A model generated the notes under the pieces. That model was not told the origin of the DNA. It was given only the letters and a program-made list of their open reading frames with translations, and ran no database searches. A stretch of 64,000 bases of DNA from Treponemataceae bacterium (lineage in GTDB: Bacteria; Spirochaetota; Spirochaetia; Treponematales; Rectinemataceae): positions 448,001 through 512,000 of the forward strand of contig CAXXVZ010000005.1 in the NCBI GenBank assembly GCA_963678065.2. The letters are read 5' to 3'. Position 1 is the first letter of the stretch. Every line of letters begins with the position of its first letter. Position numbers and translations under genes: made by a program. Positions 55,359 through 64,000 of this stretch are shown here, piece after piece.

Positions 55359-57200
55359 ATGCGCTTCCAGCATAAACTTCTCCTCAACTATTCGCTTCTC
55401 ATCGTCCTCCTCGTGCTCATTCTTTCGATCCTGTTTTACCGCTACAGCTCAGCCGTGTTCGAAAACAATGCGCGCGGCACCTACGAGCTCCTCTGCTTCA
55501 AGTTGAGCCAGCAGCTCGACAACGTCATCCGGCCGATGGACTTCATCTCCACGAACCTGATTTCCGACGCGTCGTTCAAATCCGCGCTCGCCTCCCTGGG
55601 AACGCTCGACAGGGGCGATACGGACAATTCCTTCTATACGACAGAGGCGATGCAGACCATCAGAAGACAGCTGAGCAGCTACTCCATCTACAAAAATTTC
55701 TACGCCGTCGTGGTTTTCAACGAAAAAGGAGATTTCTTTTCGAGCAATTTCCTCGACCACAAGGCTGCATCGGTTTCGCGGGACACGATCCGGAGTCTGC
55801 CCTGGCTGTCCCGCGCACGGGAGGCCGCAGGACATTCCGTGGTCGTCTCGCCCTACGATGATTCCTGGCGCTCCGAAGGCCGGGCCCGCGTCTTCGGCCG
55901 CGCCCGTGTGATCCCCGGCCTGAACGACGAGCTCGGCTATATCGAGGTCCAGAACCGTTTCGAAAATCTCGAACCAGTGCTCGCCGTCCCGGATATGGAG
56001 TTCGTGCGGATTCTCATCCTGTATCCTGACGGCGAGCCCTTCTACGCGAGCGGGAGCCTGACGCCCGGCCTCATCGACTATTATCGCTCCGAATCGAGGC
56101 GGAAAAACCGCCAGGCGGCCTTCCTGCCCAATCCGCTCACGAAAGATTCCGAGTTCATAGCCGCCGCCGCTTCCGACTATTCGGGCCTCTCGGTCATCCT
56201 CGTGCTCAACAGGCGGGTGCTTCTTTCGCCGATCCGCTTCGTGCGGGCCATCGGCTTCGGGATCGGCCTCCTCATTATCCTCTTCTCGGTGATGTACACA
56301 TGGTTTTCCTCGCGGCAGCTCACCAAGCCTCTCAAGCTGATACAGGCGCGCATGGATGAGACGCAGCTCTTCAACCTTCCCCTCGGGGCCCCCATCGATC
56401 ACCCGAACGACGAGATCGTCGCCCTGGACCGCACCTTCCGGAATCTGACCGCGCGTCTCGACGAATCGATCCGGCACGAACTCGATTCTCGCACCCTGTG
56501 GATGCAGGCGCGCCTCGATTCCCTGCAGGCCCAGGTAAATCCCCACTTCATCAACAATATCCTGACCGTCATCGCCAACCGCGGGCTGGAATCCGGCGAC
56601 CTGCGCATCGGAGACATCTGCCAAGGCGTCGCCTCGATGCTGCGCTACTCGACTTCCACCCAGGATCGGTCCGCGACCCTCGAGCAGGAACTCGAACACG
56701 TCAAAACCTACCTCTTCCTGATGAAAGAGCGCCTCGAGGACCGTCTCCTGTACCGTATCGAGGCAGAAGCCTCCGTCCTGGCCGCGAGGATGCCCAAGAT
56801 AATTCTGCAGCAGATCGTCGAGAATTCGATCAATCACGGATACAGGAAGAGCCACAAACCGATTTCGATCGACATTTCTGCCCGCGCCTCGGAGGGCCGC
56901 TGGCTCGTCGAGATGAAGGACGACGGCGAGGGCTTCGATCCCGATACCTTGGAGACTCTCGACGAAAGGATACGGAACGTCGGGCAGAGCCTGAGGGCCG
57001 GGACCGAAACACGAGGCCTCGGTATCGGCGGATTGGGACTGATCAACACCTATTCGCGCCTCTTTCTCTATTACAAAGGCGATATCACCTGGAGGATCGG
57101 AAACAATGAGGAGGGAGGGGCGCGGGTCCTCATCGGCGCTCCCATCGTGCATCTCGAAGAGGAGGTCGGCGATGCCGCGGATACTGCTCGTCGAGGATGA
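55359..57200 (+). CDS. YesM/LytS-type sensor histidine kinase
   Basis: Two TM helices, LQAQVNPHFINNIL, QQIVENSINHG and GLGLIN motifs. Confidence 0.92.
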   Translation: MRFQHKLLLNYSLLIVLLVLILSILFYRYSSAVFENNARGTYELLCFKLSQQLDNVIRPMDFISTNLISDASFKSALASLGTLDRGDTDNSFYTTEAMQTIRRQLSSYSIYKNFYAVVVFNEKGDFFSSNFLDHKAASVSRDTIRSLPWLSRAREAAGHSVVVSPYDDSWRSEGRARVFGRARVIPGLNDELGYIEVQNRFENLEPVLAVPDMEFVRILILYPDGEPFYASGSLTPGLIDYYRSESRRKNRQAAFLPNPLTKDSEFIAAAASDYSGLSVILVLNRRVLLSPIRFVRAIGFGIGLLIILFSVMYTWFSSRQLTKPLKLIQARMDETQLFNLPLGAPIDHPNDEIVALDRTFRNLTARLDESIRHELDSRTLWMQARLDSLQAQVNPHFINNILTVIANRGLESGDLRIGDICQGVASMLRYSTSTQDRSATLEQELEHVKTYLFLMKERLEDRLLYRIEAEASVLAARMPKIILQQIVENSINHGYRKSHKPISIDISARASEGRWLVEMKDDGEGFDPDTLETLDERIRNVGQSLRAGTETRGLGIGGLGLINTYSRLFLYYKGDITWRIGNNEEGGARVLIGAPIVHLEEEVGDAADTARRG

Positions 57201-58875
57201 ACCGGCGGCCGGACGATACCTCCGCTCCGTCATCGAGCTTCACCATCCCGACTTCTCCGTGGTCGGGATCGCCGAGGATGGGCGGGACGCCCTCGAACAG
57301 GTGAGGCGCCTCGATCCCGACCTCGTCATCACCGACGTAAAAATGCCCGTCATGGATGGGATAGAATTCGTCGCCGAGCTGAAAAAGAAATTCTCCGACC
57401 TGCCCGCCCTCATCGTGAGCGGATACCAGGAGTTCGAGTACGCGCGCCGCGCCCTCGATACCGGCGTGGTGGATTACCTGCTGAAGCCTGTCAGCCCGAG
57501 CCGACTCAGGGAAGTCCTCGACCGACTCATGCCCGTACTCGCCGCCCGCGAGGATTCGAGGCGCCTCGAATTTCTCGTGCGCTGTATCGACGGAGACTGC
57601 CGGGATGCGATCGCGTCCCTGGCTGCGGACGATCGCTTCTGGCTCGCCGTCGCCCGCTCGGGCGGCCTGCCCTCGAGGTTCCGCTGGAATCAGGCGAGGG
57701 ATGACAATCCGGGCTGCGTCGGCGGCTTCCACACCATTCCAGGCCGTGATTCCCGGGAAAAAATTTATCTGGGCCGCGCGGCGCAGCTCCCCTACGAGCG
57801 ATTCACCGCCGCGGTCCGCGCCGCGACCGGCGCCTTCCCGGAGGAGCCGGCTCAAAGCTACAGGACCGTCCTTGTAGCCTCGGCCGCCTCGGGCCCGGAG
57901 AGGCTCCACGACGCTGTGCGCGATCTCTGCCTCGACCTCGACAAAATCCTCGTCGTGGGGCTCTCCCAGGTTCATTACGGCGAGGTCGGGAAAACACCGG
58001 AAAACGACTGGGACAAACCGCTGGCCGACAGGATGGATTTCGCGCTGAAGGAATCCCGGATGGATCTCCTCAAACAGGCTGTCCTCGACATGTCGAAAAC
58101 CTGGAGGAAGGCCCGGACGCCTCTGATCGCGGTCGAATCGCAGCTCCGGAGAATTCTCCTCTTCGTGCTCCGCAAGGCGCCGCAGGCCGACCTTGGCATG
58201 GAAGCCGATCTGGAATTCTTTCTCGATGAGGAGCTCTCCGCGGCGCGCAGCTTCGACGATCTCGCCGCCTCCGCCTGGACTCTCGTCGCGAGGGCGGCCG
58301 GCGCGGGAGCGGCCGAATTCAGGGAAGTCGATGTGCCCGCCTTCTTCTGCGCCATCAAACGCTATGTCGAAACCCGCTACGCCGAACCCCTCACTCTGGG
58401 CTCGCTCTCGGCGAACTTCCGCATCTCCTCCTCCTATCTCAGCAAGCTCTTCCGACAGCACGCCGACCGGTCCTTCGGCGAATTCCTTTCGACGATACGG
58501 ATCGACGCGGCCAAACGTCTCATCGTCGAGAGCCCGGACATGCCCCTCAAGAATGTGGCGGAGCGGGTCGGCTTCTGCGACCCCTTCTACTTCAGCCGGG
58601 TATTCAAGTCCGTCACGGGCTATCCCCCCTCGGATTACGCCCGCAGGAGTGACGGAAAATCCATCACCCAGTGCGAAACGCTCCATGTCTCGATTCCGGA
58701 AACAGGTGTTAGGATTTCCCCGGGATCCGCAGGACAGGATCCCGATCTGACAGGAGGCTTCTATGCACAGAAAGATGATCGCGGTATTCGTGACCATGGC
58801 GCTTGCGTTTGTCGCCGTGACGGGGACCTACGCCGCCGCGAGGGAAAAACTCGTCTGGCTCCATTGGGCCAATGA
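57172..58875 (+). CDS. YesN-type response regulator (REC + AraC) with anomalous C-terminal read-through
   Basis: ILLVEDE, TDVKMP and VGFCDPFYFSRVFK motifs. The AraC domain ends near 58650, but the frame stays open into the next gene. Confidence 0.88.
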   Translation: MPRILLVEDEPAAGRYLRSVIELHHPDFSVVGIAEDGRDALEQVRRLDPDLVITDVKMPVMDGIEFVAELKKKFSDLPALIVSGYQEFEYARRALDTGVVDYLLKPVSPSRLREVLDRLMPVLAAREDSRRLEFLVRCIDGDCRDAIASLAADDRFWLAVARSGGLPSRFRWNQARDDNPGCVGGFHTIPGRDSREKIYLGRAAQLPYERFTAAVRAATGAFPEEPAQSYRTVLVASAASGPERLHDAVRDLCLDLDKILVVGLSQVHYGEVGKTPENDWDKPLADRMDFALKESRMDLLKQAVLDMSKTWRKARTPLIAVESQLRRILLFVLRKAPQADLGMEADLEFFLDEELSAARSFDDLAASAWTLVARAAGAGAAEFREVDVPAFFCAIKRYVETRYAEPLTLGSLSANFRISSSYLSKLFRQHADRSFGEFLSTIRIDAAKRLIVESPDMPLKNVAERVGFCDPFYFSRVFKSVTGYPPSDYARRSDGKSITQCETLHVSIPETGVRISPGSAGQDPDLTGGFYAQKDDRGIRDHGACVCRRDGDLRRREGKTRLAPLGQ

Positions 58876-60040
58876 ACCTCAGCAGAAGGCCATCGATGCC
58901 GTCGTCGATGCCTTCCAGAAAAAGTACCCTATCGACATCGAGTTCGACTTCAAGCCCGGAAGCGCCGAGGGCGAGAATCTCGTCAAGACGAGGATCGCCG
59001 CCAACGACATGCCCGATCTTCTGACCTACAATTCCGGCTCCCTCTTCCAGGTTCTCAACCTCGAAAAGAATTTCGTCGATCTTTCCAAGGAACAGTTCGC
59101 GGACAGGCTCCTCGACTCCTTCAAGTCCGTCGTCTCCGCGGGCAAGGGCTTCTATGGAATCCCCTACCAGCCGATCCCCGTCGGCGGCATCCTCTACAAC
59201 AAGAAGGTGTACGCGGAACTCGGCCTCAAGGTTCCCAGGACCTGGAAGGAATTCCTGGCCAACTGCGAGAAGGCCAAGGCCGCCGGCAAGGTCGCCGTAA
59301 TCGCCTCCTACAAGGACGACTGGACCGCCCAGCTCCTCCTCCTCGCCGATTTCTACAACCTCCAGGCGGTCGCGCCGAAATTCGCCCAGGACTACACGGC
59401 GAACAAGGCCAAGTTCGCCACCACGCCCGCCGCCCTGCGCGGTTTCGAAAAGATCCAGGAAGTCTTCACCAAGGGCTACATCAACAAAGAGCCCATGGCG
59501 ACGACCTACGACATGGCCCAGGCCATGCTGGCCAAGGGCGAGGGCGTCCACTATCCGATGGCCACTTGGGTGCTCGCGGCGATCAACGCCAATTATCCCG
59601 ACAAGATCGCCGACATCGGCTTCTTCGCCCAGCCCGGAGACTCCGCCGACAAGAACGGCGTCACCCTCTGGATGCCGACCAACATCTCCATCCCCAAGAC
59701 ATCCAAGAAGATCGAGACCGCCAAGAAATTCCTCGACTTCTTCGTCTCCGACGAAGGACTCGCCGCCTACATGTCAGTCGGCGCCCCCGACGGCGCCTTC
59801 GCCATCAAGAACGTAAAGCTTCCCGACTCCATCTTCCCCGCCGTCAAGGAAGCCCTCTCCTACATCAACGCGAACAAGACCGCTCCGGCCCTCGAGTTCC
59901 TCTCTCCCGTCAAGGGCCCGAACCTCCCGCAGATCTGCGTGCAGGCCGGACTCGCCCTCAAGACCCCCGTCGAGTGCGCCGCGGAATACGACCGCGATGT
60001 CGAGAAGCAGGCCAAACAGCTCAAGCTTCCCGGCTGGTGA
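58763..60040 (+). CDS. Carbohydrate ABC substrate-binding protein (family 1)
   Basis: AGGAGG RBS, signal peptide, MPDL and ILYNKKVY..PRTWKEF motifs. Confidence 0.93.
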   Translation: MHRKMIAVFVTMALAFVAVTGTYAAAREKLVWLHWANEPQQKAIDAVVDAFQKKYPIDIEFDFKPGSAEGENLVKTRIAANDMPDLLTYNSGSLFQVLNLEKNFVDLSKEQFADRLLDSFKSVVSAGKGFYGIPYQPIPVGGILYNKKVYAELGLKVPRTWKEFLANCEKAKAAGKVAVIASYKDDWTAQLLLLADFYNLQAVAPKFAQDYTANKAKFATTPAALRGFEKIQEVFTKGYINKEPMATTYDMAQAMLAKGEGVHYPMATWVLAAINANYPDKIADIGFFAQPGDSADKNGVTLWMPTNISIPKTSKKIETAKKFLDFFVSDEGLAAYMSVGAPDGAFAIKNVKLPDSIFPAVKEALSYINANKTAPALEFLSPVKGPNLPQICVQAGLALKTPVECAAEYDRDVEKQAKQLKLPGW

Positions 60041-60057
60041 TAGCCCGGACTGAATGG

Positions 60058-60094
60058 CTGCCGTCCGGAACGGAATCTCCGTTCCGGACGGCAG
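60058..60094 (+). repeat. 17-bp perfect stem-loop after the SBP gene
   Basis: CTGCCGTCCGGAACGGA-ATC-TCCGTTCCGGACGGCAG. Confidence 0.85.
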
Positions 60095-60125
60095 GCTACG
60101 GTATCATGATCCGCGGGAGATCTGC

Positions 60126-60992
60126 ATGACGAGTTCGACATCGAAATTGTATTCCTACACCTTCTTCATCCCGGCGGCGATCGTCTATCTTCTTTTTTTC
60201 ATCGCGCCGACTTTCCTCTCCTTCTTCTTCAGTCTGACGATCTGGACCCTCTCCGACTGGTCCTTCACCGGGCTGGACAATTTCCGCATTTTCCTGAGCG
60301 AACCCTCCCTCAACGTCGGACTCAGGAATTCCCTCGTGTACGCGATCTCCACCTGCGCCCTCAAGGTCGTACTCGGCTTTCTCCTCGCGGCCTTTCTCTG
60401 CACCGAGCTCAGGACCAGGGGTTTCCTCCGTTCCATCATCTACTTTCCCAACATTCTGAGCACGATCGCCGTGGGCATCATGTTCGGCAGCCTCATGAAT
60501 CCCTCGCGCGGACTGATCAATACCGCGCTCGCGGTCTTCGGCATACAGGGCCCGGACTGGCTCGGAAATCCGAAGATGGCCCTCTTTTCCGTCATCCTCG
60601 TCGACGTCTGGAAGGGGGTCGGCGTGGCGATGACCATTTTCATCGCCGGCATCCAGGCTATTCCCCGGCACTACTACGAAGCCCTCATGATCGACGGCGG
60701 CAGCTCCTTCGACAAGCTCCGCTTCATCACCCTGCCCCTGTCCCGCTCCTCGATGAACTCCGTCATCATGCTCGCCTTCATCGGCGGCATCCGCTCCTTC
60801 GATCTCATCTGGGTCATGACCAAGGGCGGTCCGGGCTTCACCAGCGACCTCATCGCGTCCATCATCTACAAACAGCTTCAGGGCGGATTCTACGGAATAT
60901 CCACGGCAGGAAACGTTGTTCTCTTTATCGTCGTGTCCATCCTGGCCGTGCCCATGTACAAGCTCCTGACGAAAGTCGAGGTGGATCTGTGA
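60126..60992 (+). CDS. Carbohydrate ABC permease (MalF/UgpA-like)
   Basis: FTGLDNF, YEALMIDGG and MTKGGPG motifs. Confidence 0.93.
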   Translation: MTSSTSKLYSYTFFIPAAIVYLLFFIAPTFLSFFFSLTIWTLSDWSFTGLDNFRIFLSEPSLNVGLRNSLVYAISTCALKVVLGFLLAAFLCTELRTRGFLRSIIYFPNILSTIAVGIMFGSLMNPSRGLINTALAVFGIQGPDWLGNPKMALFSVILVDVWKGVGVAMTIFIAGIQAIPRHYYEALMIDGGSSFDKLRFITLPLSRSSMNSVIMLAFIGGIRSFDLIWVMTKGGPGFTSDLIASIIYKQLQGGFYGISTAGNVVLFIVVSILAVPMYKLLTKVEVDL

Positions 60993-61819
60993 AACGTAGC
61001 CACACGCGCCTCGCCGCGGAAATCGTCGCGGTCATCGCTGCCCTCGCCGTCTTCGGCGTGCCCATCTCCTACGTCGTCACCAACGCCGGCAAGACGTCCG
61101 CCGCCGCCGCCGAAATGAACATCGCCCCGGCCGCGACGACCCAATACCTGAAAAACTTCGCGGACGTCATCGCCGCGTCGAACTACATGCTCGTGCGGGC
61201 CTTCTTCAACAGCACGCTCATCACGGCGCTCTCCATCGTGGTCCTCCTCGCCGTCTCATCGACCGCCGGATTCGTCCTCGAGCGGCGGAAGGGTCGGCCC
61301 ATCTCCTTCATCAACTTCCTCGTCCTGGCCGGTCTCATGATTCCGCCCGCCGTCGTTCCGACGATCTGGCTTCTCAAGTCGATCGGGCTTTACAAGCAGA
61401 TATCCGGCCTCGTCCTCGTGGAAGCCGCGCTCGCCTTTCCGTTTTCAGCCCTTCTGTACCGGGGATACATGGGCTCGATCCCGCGCGAGCTCGACGAAGC
61501 CTCCTTCATCGACGGCTGCACGGGCTGGGACCTCTTCGCGAGGATCATTTTCCCCCTTCTCAAGCCCGTATCGACGACCATAGCTATCATCACCTCGATC
61601 AATATCTTCAACGACTTCGTCAACCCGCTGTATTTCCTCCCCGGCGCGAAAAACGCCACCGTCCAGCTCACCCTCTACAACTTCATAAGCACCTACTTCA
61701 ACCGCTGGAACCTTCTCTTCGCGGACATCGTCCTTATTTCGATTCCGCCGCTCCTGTTTTTCATCTTCTTCAACGGAAAAATCGTCTCCGGCATGGTCGC
61801 CGGCGCCGTCAAGTCATAA
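60989..61819 (+). CDS. Carbohydrate ABC permease (MalG/UgpE-like)
   Basis: IPRELDEASFIDG, FNDF and GAVKS motifs. Confidence 0.93.
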   Translation: MKRSHTRLAAEIVAVIAALAVFGVPISYVVTNAGKTSAAAAEMNIAPAATTQYLKNFADVIAASNYMLVRAFFNSTLITALSIVVLLAVSSTAGFVLERRKGRPISFINFLVLAGLMIPPAVVPTIWLLKSIGLYKQISGLVLVEAALAFPFSALLYRGYMGSIPRELDEASFIDGCTGWDLFARIIFPLLKPVSTTIAIITSINIFNDFVNPLYFLPGAKNATVQLTLYNFISTYFNRWNLLFADIVLISIPPLLFFIFFNGKIVSGMVAGAVKS

Positions 61820-61865
61820 CAGATCGCGCCCCGACAGAATCAGTCGGCGCGAACCGGAGGAATTC

Positions 61866-64000
61866 ATGCTGAAAATCACGCGACTTCGCTGCGAGTATCT
61901 CGAAAACCCCATGGGCATCGCCGTCCCGAAACCCCGCTTTGGCTGGACCATCGAGTCCGATCTTCGCGATCTCGCGCAGCGCTCCTGCCGCCTGCAGGTC
62001 GCTCCCGCCCCTGAGTTCTCGGACCTACTCTGGGATTCAGGCGAGCTTTCGACCGGGGAATCCGTCGCCCTCGAATACGGTGGCCCCGCGCTCGAAGCCG
62101 GGAAACGGTATTTCTGGCGCGCCGCGGTCATCTGCGCTTCGGACGCAGGCGCGATTCCGGACGGATCGACGACAATGGGATCGACGACGTCGCGTTTGGC
62201 GCAAGCTGGCCCGACGGTAACCGCCGCGCCACCATCGGACACGACGCGTTCGCGCTCCGACTGGAGCGATCCCGCCTGGTTCGAGACCGCCCCCGCCACA
62301 GATTTCTGGACTGCGCGCTTCATCACGGCCGAGGGGCCGGGCGCCTGGGCCGACTCGAAGGGGACCTGTCTCCGCACCGAGTTCACGCTCGAGGGCGAGA
62401 TAGCCTCTGCGCGGATCTACGCGAGCGCCCTCGGTCTCTATGAACTCTCTCTCAACGGCATCCTCGTCGGCGACGAGGTTCTCGCCCCCGGCTGGACCTC
62501 CTACGACACGCGCCTCCTCTACCAGAGCTACGACGTCACCGACCTGCTCGCATCCGGAACGAACGCACTCGCTGCAAGCCTCGGGGCTGGCTGGTACAAG
62601 GGCGACCTCGCGGGCTGGCTCGGAAGGCGCAACGTCTACGGCACCCGAACCGCCCTCATCGCCGAACTCGTCGTGCGCTACGCGGACGGGCGCAGCGCTG
62701 TCATCGCGACCGACGGTGGCTGGCGCGTCTCGGAAGGCCCCATCCTGCGCTCCGAGATCTATCACGGCGAACTCTACGACGCGCGCCTCGAACACTCGGG
62801 CTGGGATCTTCCCGGTTTCGACGATTCGGCATGGGGCCGCGCCGCCGTCCTCGACGAAGACAGAAGCCGCCTCGTCCCCGCCGACGGCCTTCCCGTGCGC
62901 AGACGGGAGCGCTTCAAGGCCTCGTCCCTCATCCTGACCCCGAAGGGCGAGAAGGTGCTCGACTTCGGCCAGAACCTCGCCGGCCGCCTGCGCTTCCGCG
63001 TCTCCGGCAGGGCGGGCGAACGCGTCGCCCTCCGCCACGCCGAGACCCTCGACGCCCAGGGCAACTTCTACACGGCCAACCTCCGCAGCGCGAAAGCGCG
63101 CATCGACTACGTCCTCAAAGGCGACGGCGTCGAGGAGTACGAACCGCACTTCACGTACATGGGCTTCCGCTACGTCTCGGTCGATTCCTGGCCGGGAACG
63201 GTCGATCCCTCCGATTTCGAGGCGATCGCCATCTACTCCGACATGGAGGAGACGGGGCGTTTCGACTCCTCGAGCCCGCTATTGAACCGCCTCCACGAGA
63301 ACATCCTCTGGGGACTCAAGGGCAATTTCGTCGATATCCCCTCCGATTGCCCCCAGCGCGACGAGCGCCTCGGCTGGACGGGCGACGCCCAGGTATTCAT
63401 CGGCACCGCGGCCTTCCTCATGGGAACCGCCCCCTTCTTCCGCAAGTGGCTGCGCGACCTCGCCTGCGATCAGAAGGCTTCGGGCGGCGGTGTGCCCTTC
63501 GTCGTCCCCAACGTCCTCGAGAACATGGAGTCCCCTGAGGGCGGCGCCATTCCGAACCACTCCTCCTGCGGCTGGGGCGACGCCGCTACGATCTGTCCCT
63601 GGACCGTCTACGAGCGCTATGGCGACCGCCGCCTTCTCGAGGAGCAGTACGCGAGCATGCGGGCCTGGGTCGAGTTCATCCGCGAGCGGGCCCGCGGCGG
63701 CCTCCTCTGGGACTCGGGCTTCCACTTCGGCGACTGGGTCGCCCTGGACGCCAGGGAGGGCAGCTACTTCGGCGCGACTCCCAACGACTTCACCGCCACG
63801 GCCTTCTACGCCAAATCCACGGAACTCCTCGCGAAGGCCGCCGCCGCCCTCGGAAAGGCCGAGGACGCGCGCACCTACCGCGACCTGCACGGACGCATCG
63901 TCGAGGCCTTCCGCGCCGAGTATTTTACGGCCGCGGGCCGCATCGCGGTCCGTACCCAGACCGCCTGCGTCCTCGCCCTCGATTTCGCCCTCGCGCCGGA
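61866..64000 (+). CDS. GH78 alpha-L-rhamnosidase; 3' end beyond the window
   Basis: GGAGG RBS; MLKITRLRCEYLENPMGI..PRFGW, WDSG, LAPGWTSY and DFGQN. The catalytic DIPSDCPQRDERLGWTGD is in frame at about 63333-63386. Confidence 0.93.
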   Translation, partial: MLKITRLRCEYLENPMGIAVPKPRFGWTIESDLRDLAQRSCRLQVAPAPEFSDLLWDSGELSTGESVALEYGGPALEAGKRYFWRAAVICASDAGAIPDGSTTMGSTTSRLAQAGPTVTAAPPSDTTRSRSDWSDPAWFETAPATDFWTARFITAEGPGAWADSKGTCLRTEFTLEGEIASARIYASALGLYELSLNGILVGDEVLAPGWTSYDTRLLYQSYDVTDLLASGTNALAASLGAGWYKGDLAGWLGRRNVYGTRTALIAELVVRYADGRSAVIATDGGWRVSEGPILRSEIYHGELYDARLEHSGWDLPGFDDSAWGRAAVLDEDRSRLVPADGLPVRRRERFKASSLILTPKGEKVLDFGQNLAGRLRFRVSGRAGERVALRHAETLDAQGNFYTANLRSAKARIDYVLKGDGVEEYEPHFTYMGFRYVSVDSWPGTVDPSDFEAIAIYSDMEETGRFDSSSPLLNRLHENILWGLKGNFVDIPSDCPQRDERLGWTGDAQVFIGTAAFLMGTAPFFRKWLRDLACDQKASGGGVPFVVPNVLENMESPEGGAIPNHSSCGWGDAATICPWTVYERYGDRRLLEEQYASMRAWVEFIRERARGGLLWDSGFHFGDWVALDAREGSYFGATPNDFTATAFYAKSTELLAKAAAALGKAEDARTYRDLHGRIVEAFRAEYFTAAGRIAVRTQTACVLALDFALAP

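Overview
GC-rich bacterial chromosomal segment, densely coding, from what is probably an anaerobic diderm fermenter. A spirochaete is my guess from the gene complement and from solute-binding proteins (SBPs) without an obvious lipobox; this is not proven. I saw no rRNA, tRNA, CRISPR array, prophage or IS element. In order the window holds: a truncated family-5 SBP; a LacI-controlled RbsABC-type sugar ABC with FucU/RbsD and PfkB; PadR plus a membrane polyferredoxin; FadR plus ilvD; znuACB; a decayed histidine-kinase remnant before an HD-GYP response regulator; OsmC, a purine phosphoribosyltransferase and a GIN-domain protein; MFS plus TetR; ribA; USP plus mntH; a five-gene ArsR-DsrE2-TusA-cytochrome b-CCG Fe-S operon; an Ldh_2 dehydrogenase; an Opp/Dpp, M20 hydrolase, two-component, DUF1177 and AroM cluster; a flavodoxin; a split MetH; a sugar ABC with twin SBPs and YesMN; metY, a Cys-rich HTH gene and metA; and a second YesMN with a carbohydrate ABC and a GH78 alpha-L-rhamnosidase running off the end. 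The best candidates for undescribed biology are (1) a compact sulfur-relay operon with a DsrMK/HdrDE-like pair and no dsrAB/dsrC in the window, (2) an XRE-HTH protein with a Cys-rich 'two-CW'-like domain and a perfect palindrome between metY and metA, (3) the DUF1177-AroM-M20-Opp-two-component island, and (4) a duplicated SBP that may act as a sensor. All family calls come from motif recognition, not database searches.
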